A DNA stretch of 64,000 nucleotides from Gemmatimonadota bacterium. Lineage in GTDB: Bacteria; Gemmatimonadota; Gemmatimonadetes; Gemmatimonadales; GWC2-71-9. Below the pieces are notes generated by a model. The model saw only the letters and a list, made by a program, of their open reading frames with translations, searched no databases and was not told the DNA's origin. Below, one piece after another: positions 19,638 to 28,272 of the stretch; positions within the stretch are counted from its first letter, which is position 1; each line of letters starts with the position of its first letter. Position numbers and translations under genes: made by a program. The DNA lies in NCBI GenBank assembly GCA_039588055.1, contig JBDHAN010000003.1:8249-72248 (forward strand), read 5' to 3'.

Positions 19638-22142
19638 ATGACCGAAACGAACGAACAGAACTCCTCGAAGGAAGCGCCAAAGACCGAAGCGCAAAAGACG
19701 CTGCCGGAACGCCAATCCAGCCGGCTGCGCCTTCCTGTGCTCCCTTTGCGGGAGACCGTAATGTTTCCCGGCGTGACGGCTCCGATTGGGGCTGGTCGGC
19801 CGCCCACGTTGCGTGCGATTGAAGCGGCGCTTCGCCGTGACGACAAACAGATTTTCGCAGTCGCGCAGCGAGACAACGTCGAACACGCCGAGCCTGAGGT
19901 GCTGTATACGACTGGGACGGTGGCGCGGGTCGGGCAAGTCCAACGGGGTCTCGGTGGAATCCAGTTGCTGCTCCACGGCGAGTATCGAGCGACGGTGCTT
20001 CAGTACTCGCAGGCGGAAAGTGGGTTTGTCGAAGCCGTCGTACAGGAGGCGCCGGACCTTCCGCCGCTCGATGCCGAAGATGCGGCCTTCGTCGCACTGC
20101 ACAAGGAGGTGCGCGAGCGAGCGGCCGAGCTCGGGCTCAAGATGGGGCTCCCACAGGAAGTGGTGCAGCAAGTACTGGAGGGCGTCGAGGAGCCCGGAGG
20201 GTTTGGTGACCTCGTCGCGGGATACATCGATATCACTCCGGCTGAGCGACAGGCGCTGCTAGAGACCCGCGGTGTCGAAGAGCGCCTCCGACGAGTCCTG
20301 ATCCACGTTCAACGGCAGCTTGCCCTGGCTGAGGCACAGGAGGAAATCAAGTCCAAGGTCCAGGAAGAGATCGGTGAGCGTCAGCGCGAGATGTTTCTCC
20401 GCGAACAACTCAAGGCGATTCGCAAGGAACTGGGTGACGACGACGCTGGCCAGGAAGTCGAGGAGCTGCGTGAACGAATCCTGAAGCTGGATCTGCCGGA
20501 GGGCGTACGTGAGGAAATCGAGCGAGAGTTGCGACGTCTCGAGCGCTCGTCGCGCGACTCCATGGAAGCACAGATCATTCGCACGTACCTCGAAACCGTG
20601 GTCGAGTTGCCCTGGAGCATCCGCAGTGAGGACCACCTCGACCTCAAAGAAGCGGCGACAATCCTAGACGAGGACCACTATGGGCTCCGCGAGGTGAAGG
20701 ATCGTGTGCTCGAGTTTTTGGCAGTACGTCAGCTTCTCAAGGTTCGTTCACCCAGTGAGCGCGTGAGCGGAGCGGTCGGCAATGAAGATGATCGCGGTAC
20801 CAAGGGATCGATCCTGCTCTTTATTGGGCCGCCCGGCGTGGGGAAGACCTCGATTGCCAAGTCAATTGCGCGTTCCATGAGTCGACGCTACATCCGGATC
20901 TCACTAGGCGGTGCTCGGGACGAGGCCGACATCCGCGGACATCGACGCACCTACGTGGGGGCGATGCCCGGTCGAATCATCGAAGGAATGAAGCGCGCCG
21001 GGACCAAGAACCCGGTCTTTCTGCTCGACGAAGTGGACAAACTTGGCGTGTCGTTCCAGGGTGATCCCGCGTCGGCACTGCTCGAAGTGCTCGACCCGGC
21101 GCAGAACGACTCGTTCACCGATCACTATATGGGAGTCCCCTTCGACCTCTCCGAAGTGTTGTTCATTGCCACGGCCAACTTCCGTCAGAACATCCCGATG
21201 CCGCTCCTCGACCGCATGGAGACGGTGGAATTCAGCGGGTACACCGAGCGTGACAAGCTTGCTATTGCCAAGCAATACCTCATCCCCCGCCAACTCGGTG
21301 AGAACGGACTCGGCGAACAGGAACTCACGCTGCGGGACGACGCGGTACACGCGCTGATTTCGGGGTACACGCGGGAGGCAGGGGTACGGCAGCTCGAACG
21401 CGAGATCGGGAAGATCGCCCGCAAGGTTGCGCGCAAGATCGCGACCAAGGACATCGACCGGCTCACGGTCGCGGCTGACGACGTGGCAGAATTGCTCGGT
21501 CGGGCGACGGTCCATCCTGAGCGCGCGGCCCGTGAAGATCAGGTGGGGATCGCCACGGGGATGTACTACACCCCCAGCGGCGGGGATATCATGTTCGTCG
21601 AGGTCTCAGTGACCAAAGGCCGGGATGCGCTCTTGCTGACCGGGCAACTGGGTGATGTGATGAAAGAGTCCGCCCAGGCGGCGTTGACGTACGCAAAGAC
21701 CTACGCGGATGAACTCGGCATTCCGCCGGAGGCGCTCACGGACAAGGACGTGCATATCCACGTTCCGGCAGGGGCCATTCCGAAAGACGGTCCCTCGGCA
21801 GGGGTCACTATGGCTACGGCGCTGGTGAGTGAGTTGTCCGGAGTGCCCATCCGGCACGATCTGGCTATGACGGGCGAGGTGACGCTGTCAGGCCGGGTGC
21901 TCCCCATTGGTGGCTTGAAGGAGAAGGTGCTTGGCGCCTGCCGGGCCGGGATCTTCAACATCATTCTCCCCAAGGAGAACCTGGCCGACCTGGAGGATCT
22001 GAGCGAGGAGGAGCGGCAGCGGATTCAGGTCCACGCGGTTGAGGGGCTGAAGGAAGTGCTGGAGATCGCGCTGCGGCCGAAGGGCCACGAAGGCGCCGAT
22101 TCCGACGTCGCTCGCCCCGTGCTGCAGCCAACCACGCCATAG
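19638..22142 (+). CDS. lon: ATP-dependent Lon protease
   Basis: LON_N domain, GPPGVGKT, LLDEVDK, PKDGPSAG (Ser), GLKEK (Lys). Confidence 0.97.
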   Translation: MTETNEQNSSKEAPKTEAQKTLPERQSSRLRLPVLPLRETVMFPGVTAPIGAGRPPTLRAIEAALRRDDKQIFAVAQRDNVEHAEPEVLYTTGTVARVGQVQRGLGGIQLLLHGEYRATVLQYSQAESGFVEAVVQEAPDLPPLDAEDAAFVALHKEVRERAAELGLKMGLPQEVVQQVLEGVEEPGGFGDLVAGYIDITPAERQALLETRGVEERLRRVLIHVQRQLALAEAQEEIKSKVQEEIGERQREMFLREQLKAIRKELGDDDAGQEVEELRERILKLDLPEGVREEIERELRRLERSSRDSMEAQIIRTYLETVVELPWSIRSEDHLDLKEAATILDEDHYGLREVKDRVLEFLAVRQLLKVRSPSERVSGAVGNEDDRGTKGSILLFIGPPGVGKTSIAKSIARSMSRRYIRISLGGARDEADIRGHRRTYVGAMPGRIIEGMKRAGTKNPVFLLDEVDKLGVSFQGDPASALLEVLDPAQNDSFTDHYMGVPFDLSEVLFIATANFRQNIPMPLLDRMETVEFSGYTERDKLAIAKQYLIPRQLGENGLGEQELTLRDDAVHALISGYTREAGVRQLEREIGKIARKVARKIATKDIDRLTVAADDVAELLGRATVHPERAAREDQVGIATGMYYTPSGGDIMFVEVSVTKGRDALLLTGQLGDVMKESAQAALTYAKTYADELGIPPEALTDKDVHIHVPAGAIPKDGPSAGVTMATALVSELSGVPIRHDLAMTGEVTLSGRVLPIGGLKEKVLGACRAGIFNIILPKENLADLEDLSEEERQRIQVHAVEGLKEVLEIALRPKGHEGADSDVARPVLQPTTP

Positions 22143-22158
22143 CGGGACTGGATCGAGG

Positions 22159-22740
22159 TTACCAGGTCAGCGAGCCGAACAATCCGGAGAGCGCGTCCTC
22201 GATTGCCGGGGCCGGGTCTGACTCGGCGGATTCGAGCCCCAGGACGGGTCGGAGCGTCAAAAAGCCAAGCACGATGACGAGCGCCCGTTCGGCAACGCGT
22301 GCCGGATCGATGTCATCGCGAACAAATCCGAGCCCCTGCCCTTTCGAAATCTCGGCAGCGAGAGCCTTAGAGAATCGCCGCACCGCATCTCGGGCTGGTG
22401 CCCCTTCGGGGCCCGGCTCCTGGATGCCACGGATCAGCATGCGAAGTTGACTCGGATGCTGTGAGAGAGCAGTGAGCGTGGCGGTAAGGCGCCGGCGGAC
22501 CTTCTCAACCGGGTTTCGGGGGGCGGGAGCGCTGCTGGGCGCGAGATGCTGAGCAGCGTCGAGCAGTAGTTCCTCGTACAGCTGGGCCTTTGAACCGAAA
22601 TAGTAGTAGAGCAGTTGCTTGTTGGCTCTGGCCCGCTTGGCAATCCTGTCTGTTCTCCCTCCATGAAACCCGAATTCGGCAAACTCCCCACGGGCGGCCT
22701 CAGCGATACGGAGGCGTGTTTCCTGATCCGCTCTGGCCAT
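22159..22740 (-). CDS. TetR/AcrR family regulator
   Basis: HTH: IAKRARANKQLLYYYFGSKAQLY. Confidence 0.92.
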   Translation of the reverse strand: MARADQETRLRIAEAARGEFAEFGFHGGRTDRIAKRARANKQLLYYYFGSKAQLYEELLLDAAQHLAPSSAPAPRNPVEKVRRRLTATLTALSQHPSQLRMLIRGIQEPGPEGAPARDAVRRFSKALAAEISKGQGLGFVRDDIDPARVAERALVIVLGFLTLRPVLGLESAESDPAPAIEDALSGLFGSLTW

Positions 22741-22750
22741 TTGTGCTCAA

Positions 22751-22762
22751 CCAACCGGTTGG
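22751..22762. promoter_or_regulatory. Probable TetR autoregulatory operator CCAACCGGTTGG
   Basis: Perfect 12-bp palindrome 10 nt upstream of the tetR start. Confidence 0.7.
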
Positions 22763-22805
22763 ATACAAAGCAAAGATGCTGTGTGATGGCTTGTACAGCA
22801 AGCGG

Positions 22806-23504
22806 TTACGCCGTGACGGCCTCGAGGGCTGCACGCGTCGCTCCCACGAGTGTCGCGTCTGACGACCAGAGCCCCGTGAGATCGCCGTCGTGGATCCTTC
22901 CCATCCCCGCGGCTTCCCCTGCTGTGAGAAGCACCGCTGGGCTGCCAAAATGTCTGACAACCCGGTCGAGAGGAACCGTGCCGGCAATGGGAATTGGAAA
23001 GGACGTCGTCGGCTCGTCCCCGAGCGCCCAGATGCGACTCTCGCTTCCGTCGGCCTGGCGCTTCCGCCAGATCGGAAGCAGTGCTGAGAGCACCGTGGTG
23101 GGTGCGACGCAATGCACGCCGCCGCTCTCCCGTGTGACGACACGGAGGGCGATTGCATAGAACTCTCGTTCTCCGGCGAAGTGGGCGGTCGCGGAGTCGC
23201 CGGTCAGGGTCCTCAGGGCGGCCATTTGTCCTTCGAGCTCGTCCAGCTTCGCGGCCTCGTCCCGAGCAATCTTCGCCAACAGCGCGTCGGGCCGGATCGG
23301 ACGGTATACCTGAGGGTCCTCGCCGCTCACGCTGGCTGCTTCCTTTGCAACGAGACCCTTCAGGGCCTGATAGGCGTTCGCTCGGGCAATGGAGAGGGTG
23401 CCGCCAACTGCATACCCCGACGAAGGGCCCATCTCAAGGAGTGTACTGTAGGCAAGCGATTCGGTTTGCGTGAAGCCGAAAGGCGTAAGATCCACGGAAT
23501 CCAT
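22806..23504 (-). CDS. TrmB family transcriptional regulator
   Basis: FGFTQTESLAY, SGYAVG, RANAYQAL..LVAK winged HTH followed by an effector domain. Start at 23504 or 23516. Confidence 0.85.
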   Translation of the reverse strand: MDSVDLTPFGFTQTESLAYSTLLEMGPSSGYAVGGTLSIARANAYQALKGLVAKEAASVSGEDPQVYRPIRPDALLAKIARDEAAKLDELEGQMAALRTLTGDSATAHFAGEREFYAIALRVVTRESGGVHCVAPTTVLSALLPIWRKRQADGSESRIWALGDEPTTSFPIPIAGTVPLDRVVRHFGSPAVLLTAGEAAGMGRIHDGDLTGLWSSDATLVGATRAALEAVTA

Positions 23505-23507
23505 AGT

Positions 23508-23523
23508 AGTAGTCATCGCTACT
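23508..23523. promoter_or_regulatory. Candidate TrmB operator AGTAG-N6-CTACT
   Basis: AT-rich inverted repeat directly at the trmB start region. Confidence 0.45.
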
Positions 23524-23820
23524 TTGAAATATGCCTATCTCGCGGCCATCTGCCAAGCAATTTGGAATCGACGCACACGGGTGTCGGCCTGCTGCCTTGC
23601 ATTTGGCGAGGGAGCGGTGACCTGTCAGACGCCAGAAAGATATCACCCAGCCCCGCTCCACCCCCGGAGTTTGCTGGCTTCATGGCCAAGAACGGTCAAG
23701 CAGAATGTGCTGAGTGCCAGGGGAATCAAGTAGGAACCGAATTGTGTGGTGGAGGTGTCACCCGACGCGGCGCAATGAACAGTTGGCCTGACAGGAGGAA
23801 TGGGCCGAAATAAGGCATCG

Positions 23821-23876
23821 GTATCATGATACTTTCATGTCAGTCACGTGTAACTATCACGACAGTATCGTGATAC
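23821..23876. repeat. Five tandem 11-bp units, each a TNNCRYGNNA quasi-palindrome
   Basis: gtatcatgata|ctttcatgtca|gtcacgtgtaa|ctatcacgaca|gtatcgtgata|c. Confidence 0.8.
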
Positions 23877-23879
23877 TGC

Positions 23880-24325
23880 GTTCACCGCGCTGTTGGGCGC
23901 CGTCTCGGCATCAGAGACTGGACAGCAAGGCCGGCCAGTGATGAGAGCGTGATCGCAGGAACCAGGAGAGGTCGAACGCCCCTCACTGGCGACGTACCGG
24001 CCAAGGAGAAAGGAGCCATCGGGGTGGGTACTTGGAGAAAACGATGGTCCTCATATGGTCATGCTGTCTGGTTCATGTATTAGTTGTGATAACAACTCAT
24101 GCACCCCACCTTAGGAGCGCTCAGATGGCGGGACCTTCGTGGGTGCATGGAGGGTGGCGATCGAGTTGGACGGTTGTTGGGGTCGGGTTCAGGGGGAGGC
24201 GAGACTGGAGTGGACGGCGCGCTGGCCAAGTGGCCAGTGGCCACTGCTTAGTGGGGGTTGGCTGGGTGGAGGAGAAGACGCCGGCTGTGGTGAGAGCCTC
24301 CTAAGCGGGGAGTGAGAGTTTCAGG
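23880..24325. ncRNA. Putative structured non-coding RNA(s), family unknown
   Basis: No credible ORF. Stems at 23934-41/23983-90, 24011-21/24042-51 and 24110-17/24298-305; many GGA motifs. Confidence 0.5.
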
Positions 24326-24346
24326 ACTAAGTCGGATTTACTGGCA

Positions 24347-24401
24347 CTGTCGTGAAAGTGACGTGTAAGTGTGGTGAATGTGTTGTGAACGTGTCGCGCC
24401 G
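24347..24401. repeat. Five tandem 11-bp units related to the 23821 array
   Basis: ctgtcgtgaaa|gtgacgtgtaa|gtgtggtgaat|gtgttgtgaac|gtgtcgcgccg. Confidence 0.75.
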
Positions 24402-24435
24402 GTGGCGAAAACGGGGTTGGTCGGCCGGTTTGGCG

Positions 24436-25542
24436 TCAGACGTACTCGAGTTCCCAACCGGCGAGCCTCGCGATGAAGGCGAGCCGGAAGGTCACGTCTG
24501 CTTGGCGCTGCTCGATGGTCTTACCTTCCTCCTCGAGCGGGAACGCGAAATCGGTGAGCTTCGATGGACTTTTCGGGATGGTCCGCAAGTTCTTGGGGCT
24601 CCAAATGCCGCGCCCGTCGCATTCTCGGAGGAGGCGTCCCATGATCCGTTGCGCGACGGGAGACGCATCCAGCATTCCCAACCGCGCCAACAGCTCAATC
24701 CAGTGCAAGGCGAACGGCAGGTCCTTCGGATTGCCTGCGCTGTCCGCTTTCAGCGGATCGCCAAGGAAGTGAAAGACGGGCTTGATTACCTTGCGGCCGA
24801 GTGGGATCACGTAGGTGCGCTTCGTTTCCGGCTTGCCCAGGAAATGTCCGAGACGCTCGGCGAAGCCCGCCCGCTCACGCTGCATGTTCGGCAGGTACGC
24901 AACGACGGCCACCGAAAAGAGGGTCGGTGGATAGGCGTCGGGGTGCAAGATGTTGCGCGACGCCCTCCGAATTATTGGCTTCTCGGCCAGTTCGCTCCGG
25001 AGGAACTGCGAAACGCGGGACCCGATTCGGTGCGCGGCGCCGCGAACGCGCGGATCGTCGATGTGGCCCCCCTGTGCAAGTGCCGCGGTGGCCGCTTCGT
25101 GAAAGAGACCGCGCGCCCAGGGTCCCAAGGCAGGGTTGGTTTTGGCCGCCTTCTGATGCTCGAACAGGAGTGTCGGCGAGTCATCCCGCGACAAAAGTCT
25201 GAAAAACACCCTCTCGGCAAGCCGCAACGGGCGATCCCCACCCGACAGGCCAAGTTCGACCAGGTGGCGGTATTGCGACACTGTGCCGACATCTTTGACG
25301 CCTTGGGCCTTCGAGGGTGCCAATCCCAGCATGTTGCCGGCCCAGACACCGGAAGGCTTCTGTTTCTTCAGTGTCTGCGTAACTGCTTTGTATTGTGAGA
25401 CTTCCACCTTGAGATCAGCCATGTCGTCAGGGCTGGCCGAGCCTGGCGGGAGGATGTCTCTTACCGTGCGCCATCTGATGGCCGCACACGCATGCTCTCG
25501 AAGCCAAGTGACGGGGACGCGGTGGCTGCCTGGCAGTTCCAG
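24436..25542 (-). CDS. Hypothetical protein, possibly a prenyltransferase/squalene-cyclase-like alpha barrel
   Basis: QKPSGVW and DGRGIW are QW-like repeats. AGGAG lies 8 nt before a CTG at 25542. Confidence 0.7.
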   Translation of the reverse strand: MELPGSHRVPVTWLREHACAAIRWRTVRDILPPGSASPDDMADLKVEVSQYKAVTQTLKKQKPSGVWAGNMLGLAPSKAQGVKDVGTVSQYRHLVELGLSGGDRPLRLAERVFFRLLSRDDSPTLLFEHQKAAKTNPALGPWARGLFHEAATAALAQGGHIDDPRVRGAAHRIGSRVSQFLRSELAEKPIIRRASRNILHPDAYPPTLFSVAVVAYLPNMQRERAGFAERLGHFLGKPETKRTYVIPLGRKVIKPVFHFLGDPLKADSAGNPKDLPFALHWIELLARLGMLDASPVAQRIMGRLLRECDGRGIWSPKNLRTIPKSPSKLTDFAFPLEEEGKTIEQRQADVTFRLAFIARLAGWELEYV

Positions 25543-25633
25543 CTGATCAACTCCTGAAGGGGGCCGATTGTGGGCGCGGCAAATTAGCTGTTTCGCGGTG
25601 GATCGGCCAGAGGGAAAACCCTTCGTCTGGGTA

Positions 25634-27271
25634 CTATCTGGATACGGAACCCCGAAGCCGGCGGAGTCTGAGTTGATCACCCGCGGCCCTGAACTCGGAG
25701 TCGGTCTTCCACGAAGGGTATTCCGAGGTCGCTGCGAGCATCCAGCCCAGCCGGATGACCAGCCGCACCTGTGCGAGCAGGCCGGCCAGCGCGAAACCCA
25801 CGGCATACTCATCTGACGGCATGTGGTACCGGAGGGCTCTCCCCGTGTTGGCTCCGTGCACGAGCACCGCTGGGACACCTGCCTCCGCGAACGGCAAATG
25901 GTCGCTGGTGAAGAATCCAGCTGCCTGGTCAATGCTCTCCGATCCCAGGCTCAGCTGCTCCCGTTCCGCTGCTGCCGCCAGGTAGGGCGCCAGGTCTGAG
26001 CGAAGCAGGCCGTTGGCAACAATGTCTGTTGCCTGCTCCCTCGAGCTGCCCTGATCGAGATTGACGACTGCCGCAACCCGCTCGAGCGGGACCAACGCCG
26101 AGTCGATCAACGCCCGAGCACCGAGATAGCCGGACTCCGCTCCGGTCGTGGCGAGAAACAGGAGTGATCGGCGCGGGGCCTCGCGGCTCGCGGCAACACC
26201 GGTCGCCACACCCAGAAGGGCCGCAACCCCCGACGCGTTGTCTCTCGCCCCATTGTAGATCGAATCGCCCCCTACCGGCCGGCCAACCCCAAGGTGATCG
26301 AAATGCGACATGATGATGACCCACTCGTGCGCGAGGTCGGTACCCGGCACCACAGCGAGCACGTTGGCGCTCTTTCGTGGCACAAGCGCGCTGCGGATGC
26401 GCATGACGGCGTGCGCATCCATGGAGATCGGCCGAAAACCCCGCTCTCCTGCGCGGCGGACGAGCAGGTCGAAGTCGCGTCCCGATTCCTCCGCGATTCG
26501 CCGCGCGGCGTCTTCGGTGATCCAAGCGGCAAACCGAAGGTTGCTTTCCCGCGGACGGTCAAGGAAGTAGCGCTCGCTCCCAAAGGTGTTTGCCACTACC
26601 TCCCATGACGTCCAGTGGGCGGCGGCGTTTCGATGAACGAGGAGAACACCGGCGGCCCCCATCCGCGCGGCCTGATCGACCTTGTACTGCCAGGTCGCGT
26701 AGCGAGTCGTCAGCGGACCAGCAAACGTGGTGCTGTCCGTTGTTGGCTCGTCCTCCAATACGAGCAGGACGCTTCCTGTGAGTGAGGACGTTTTGAAATC
26801 GTCCCAATTCCACTCCGGGGCGCGAACGCCGTGACCGACAAATACGATGTCACCGTCCGCAGTGACAGTGGACAACGCCCTCGTCGGCCATGCAACGAAG
26901 TCGACCCAGGGCTCGAGGCTCACTGTCTGCCTGCGCGCTCCAATGACCAGCGCCGGCTCAGCGCGCGCACCGATGAGCGAGATCGACTGGTAGAACGAGC
27001 CGTCTGGGCCGCCGCCCTCGAATCCCAGTGCCTCGAATACTGTCGCGATGTAATGCGCAGCTAACTCCCCACCTCGAGTACCCGGCGCTCGGCCTTCGAG
27101 GAGGTCGTGGGAGAGCATCCGGACGTGCGCTCGGAGCAGCGCCTCGGTTGGCGCGCTGAGCGCCCGCTCAAGGGCCGGTCCTTGATCCCGACGGTCCTGT
27201 GCGTGCGCTGTCGACGGCAGTGTGACCGACAGGCCGATGAGCATCGGAAGGGCAGGGAGGAGCGCCCTCAT
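25634..27271 (-). CDS. Secreted M28 family peptidase with PA domain (catalytic Glu appears substituted)
   Basis: Signal peptide, EGRAPGT, SHFDH, DNASG, NLD, SDH, YHMPSD. Confidence 0.88.
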   Translation of the reverse strand: MRALLPALPMLIGLSVTLPSTAHAQDRRDQGPALERALSAPTEALLRAHVRMLSHDLLEGRAPGTRGGELAAHYIATVFEALGFEGGGPDGSFYQSISLIGARAEPALVIGARRQTVSLEPWVDFVAWPTRALSTVTADGDIVFVGHGVRAPEWNWDDFKTSSLTGSVLLVLEDEPTTDSTTFAGPLTTRYATWQYKVDQAARMGAAGVLLVHRNAAAHWTSWEVVANTFGSERYFLDRPRESNLRFAAWITEDAARRIAEESGRDFDLLVRRAGERGFRPISMDAHAVMRIRSALVPRKSANVLAVVPGTDLAHEWVIIMSHFDHLGVGRPVGGDSIYNGARDNASGVAALLGVATGVAASREAPRRSLLFLATTGAESGYLGARALIDSALVPLERVAAVVNLDQGSSREQATDIVANGLLRSDLAPYLAAAAEREQLSLGSESIDQAAGFFTSDHLPFAEAGVPAVLVHGANTGRALRYHMPSDEYAVGFALAGLLAQVRLVIRLGWMLAATSEYPSWKTDSEFRAAGDQLRLRRLRGSVSR

Positions 27272-27288
27272 GCGGCTAACCTGCAGCA

Positions 27289-28212
27289 TCACGGTATAGG
27301 GCATCGCACGCGCGAGATCGTCGCCGGGCGTCCGAAGCCCGCTTCACTCGTGAGGACCAGCGTGCTGTCATCGAGGATGTCCACGGCTTCTCCCTGAGCT
27401 TCGCGCAAACCGAGCCAGCACGCGCCGACCCTACTCGGCCGCTCCTCACTATCCAGTTGATAGAAGATGAGCTCCGTGTACGTGCGAACCACGAGACGTC
27501 CACCCTCCCGCGACGCCGCGGCTCCAGTAACATATCGGCCCAGTGTGAATTGCGGCACAATGTCCAGGATCTCCACCCGCGAAACTGTTACCGAGTCGCC
27601 TTGAAGAGCGCCCCGGGGAATACGGTAGAGTCCAACTTCACCTGAGCGTCCCTTCGTGATGAGCAGTACGGAGCCCTGTGCGGTAACGGCAAGCGCTTCG
27701 ACGTCCTGTGCACCCTCGTGGTAGCGCACGCTCAGCCGCTCCGCACGGACTGTCATAGATGTCGCCTGGCGAGGGTCCGGGAGAGTGTCGGGTTCGGGGA
27801 AGAAGTACACGTCAACGCGAGTCCGCGCTTCAGAATTGTCTCCGACATCCCCGACGAAGACGCAAGACGTGGTTGAGTCGGGACATGGACCGACCGCAAT
27901 GTCTTCCCAGTCCACGACCGATGCGTCGAGGAGTCGAAGCCTGCCGCGATCGGCGCCGCTCAAGTCTGTCGCGTACACCAGCGGCTGGTCAGCGTCGTCA
28001 CTGTGTGTCCACAGCATCCCGGGAAAACGGCGACTGACAGCCACACCCGACGTTTCGGCGAGTCTCCACGACGCCAGCACGCCCGTAATCTCGAACAGGG
28101 ACGGCTCAATCGTCTGCGCCGGCACGTCTGTCGGCCCACAGCCACTGAACATGGCTGCCGCGAGGAGCGCCGGCACGATGCTACGGGTGTAGCGGAACTG
28201 ACGGTCTGACAT
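27289..28212 (-). CDS. Lipoprotein, probable beta-propeller
   Basis: Lipobox FSGC; ETSGVAVS, LWTHSD, DWEDIA, GDVGDN, DVEAL, QGEAV. Confidence 0.8.
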   Translation of the reverse strand: MSDRQFRYTRSIVPALLAAAMFSGCGPTDVPAQTIEPSLFEITGVLASWRLAETSGVAVSRRFPGMLWTHSDDADQPLVYATDLSGADRGRLRLLDASVVDWEDIAVGPCPDSTTSCVFVGDVGDNSEARTRVDVYFFPEPDTLPDPRQATSMTVRAERLSVRYHEGAQDVEALAVTAQGSVLLITKGRSGEVGLYRIPRGALQGDSVTVSRVEILDIVPQFTLGRYVTGAAASREGGRLVVRTYTELIFYQLDSEERPSRVGACWLGLREAQGEAVDILDDSTLVLTSEAGFGRPATISRVRCPIP

Positions 28213-28272
28213 TGCCAGTATTGTACTCGGATGCTTGCTTCGCCGGAACGCACCCGACAACTTTCCACGCCC

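Noticed and set aside
24163-24200. Resemblance to group II intron domain V (GAGTTGGAC...GGTTCAGGGGG)
   Set aside because: No AGC/CGC triad, no GNRA loop, imperfect pairing and no RT gene.
24032-24304. 90-aa TTG ORF in the non-coding interval
   Set aside because: W/G/V-rich translation simply reflects the G skew, with no family resemblance. A small peptide cannot be fully excluded.
24347-24401. oriC with DnaA-box arrays
   Set aside because: Units match TGTGNAWAA only partially. No perfect box, no clear AT-rich unwinding element and no dnaA/dnaN/gidA nearby. GC-skew analysis would settle it.
25543-25932. N-terminal extension of the 498-aa ORF
   Set aside because: Overlaps the M28 gene out of frame. 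The RBS supports a start near 25542.
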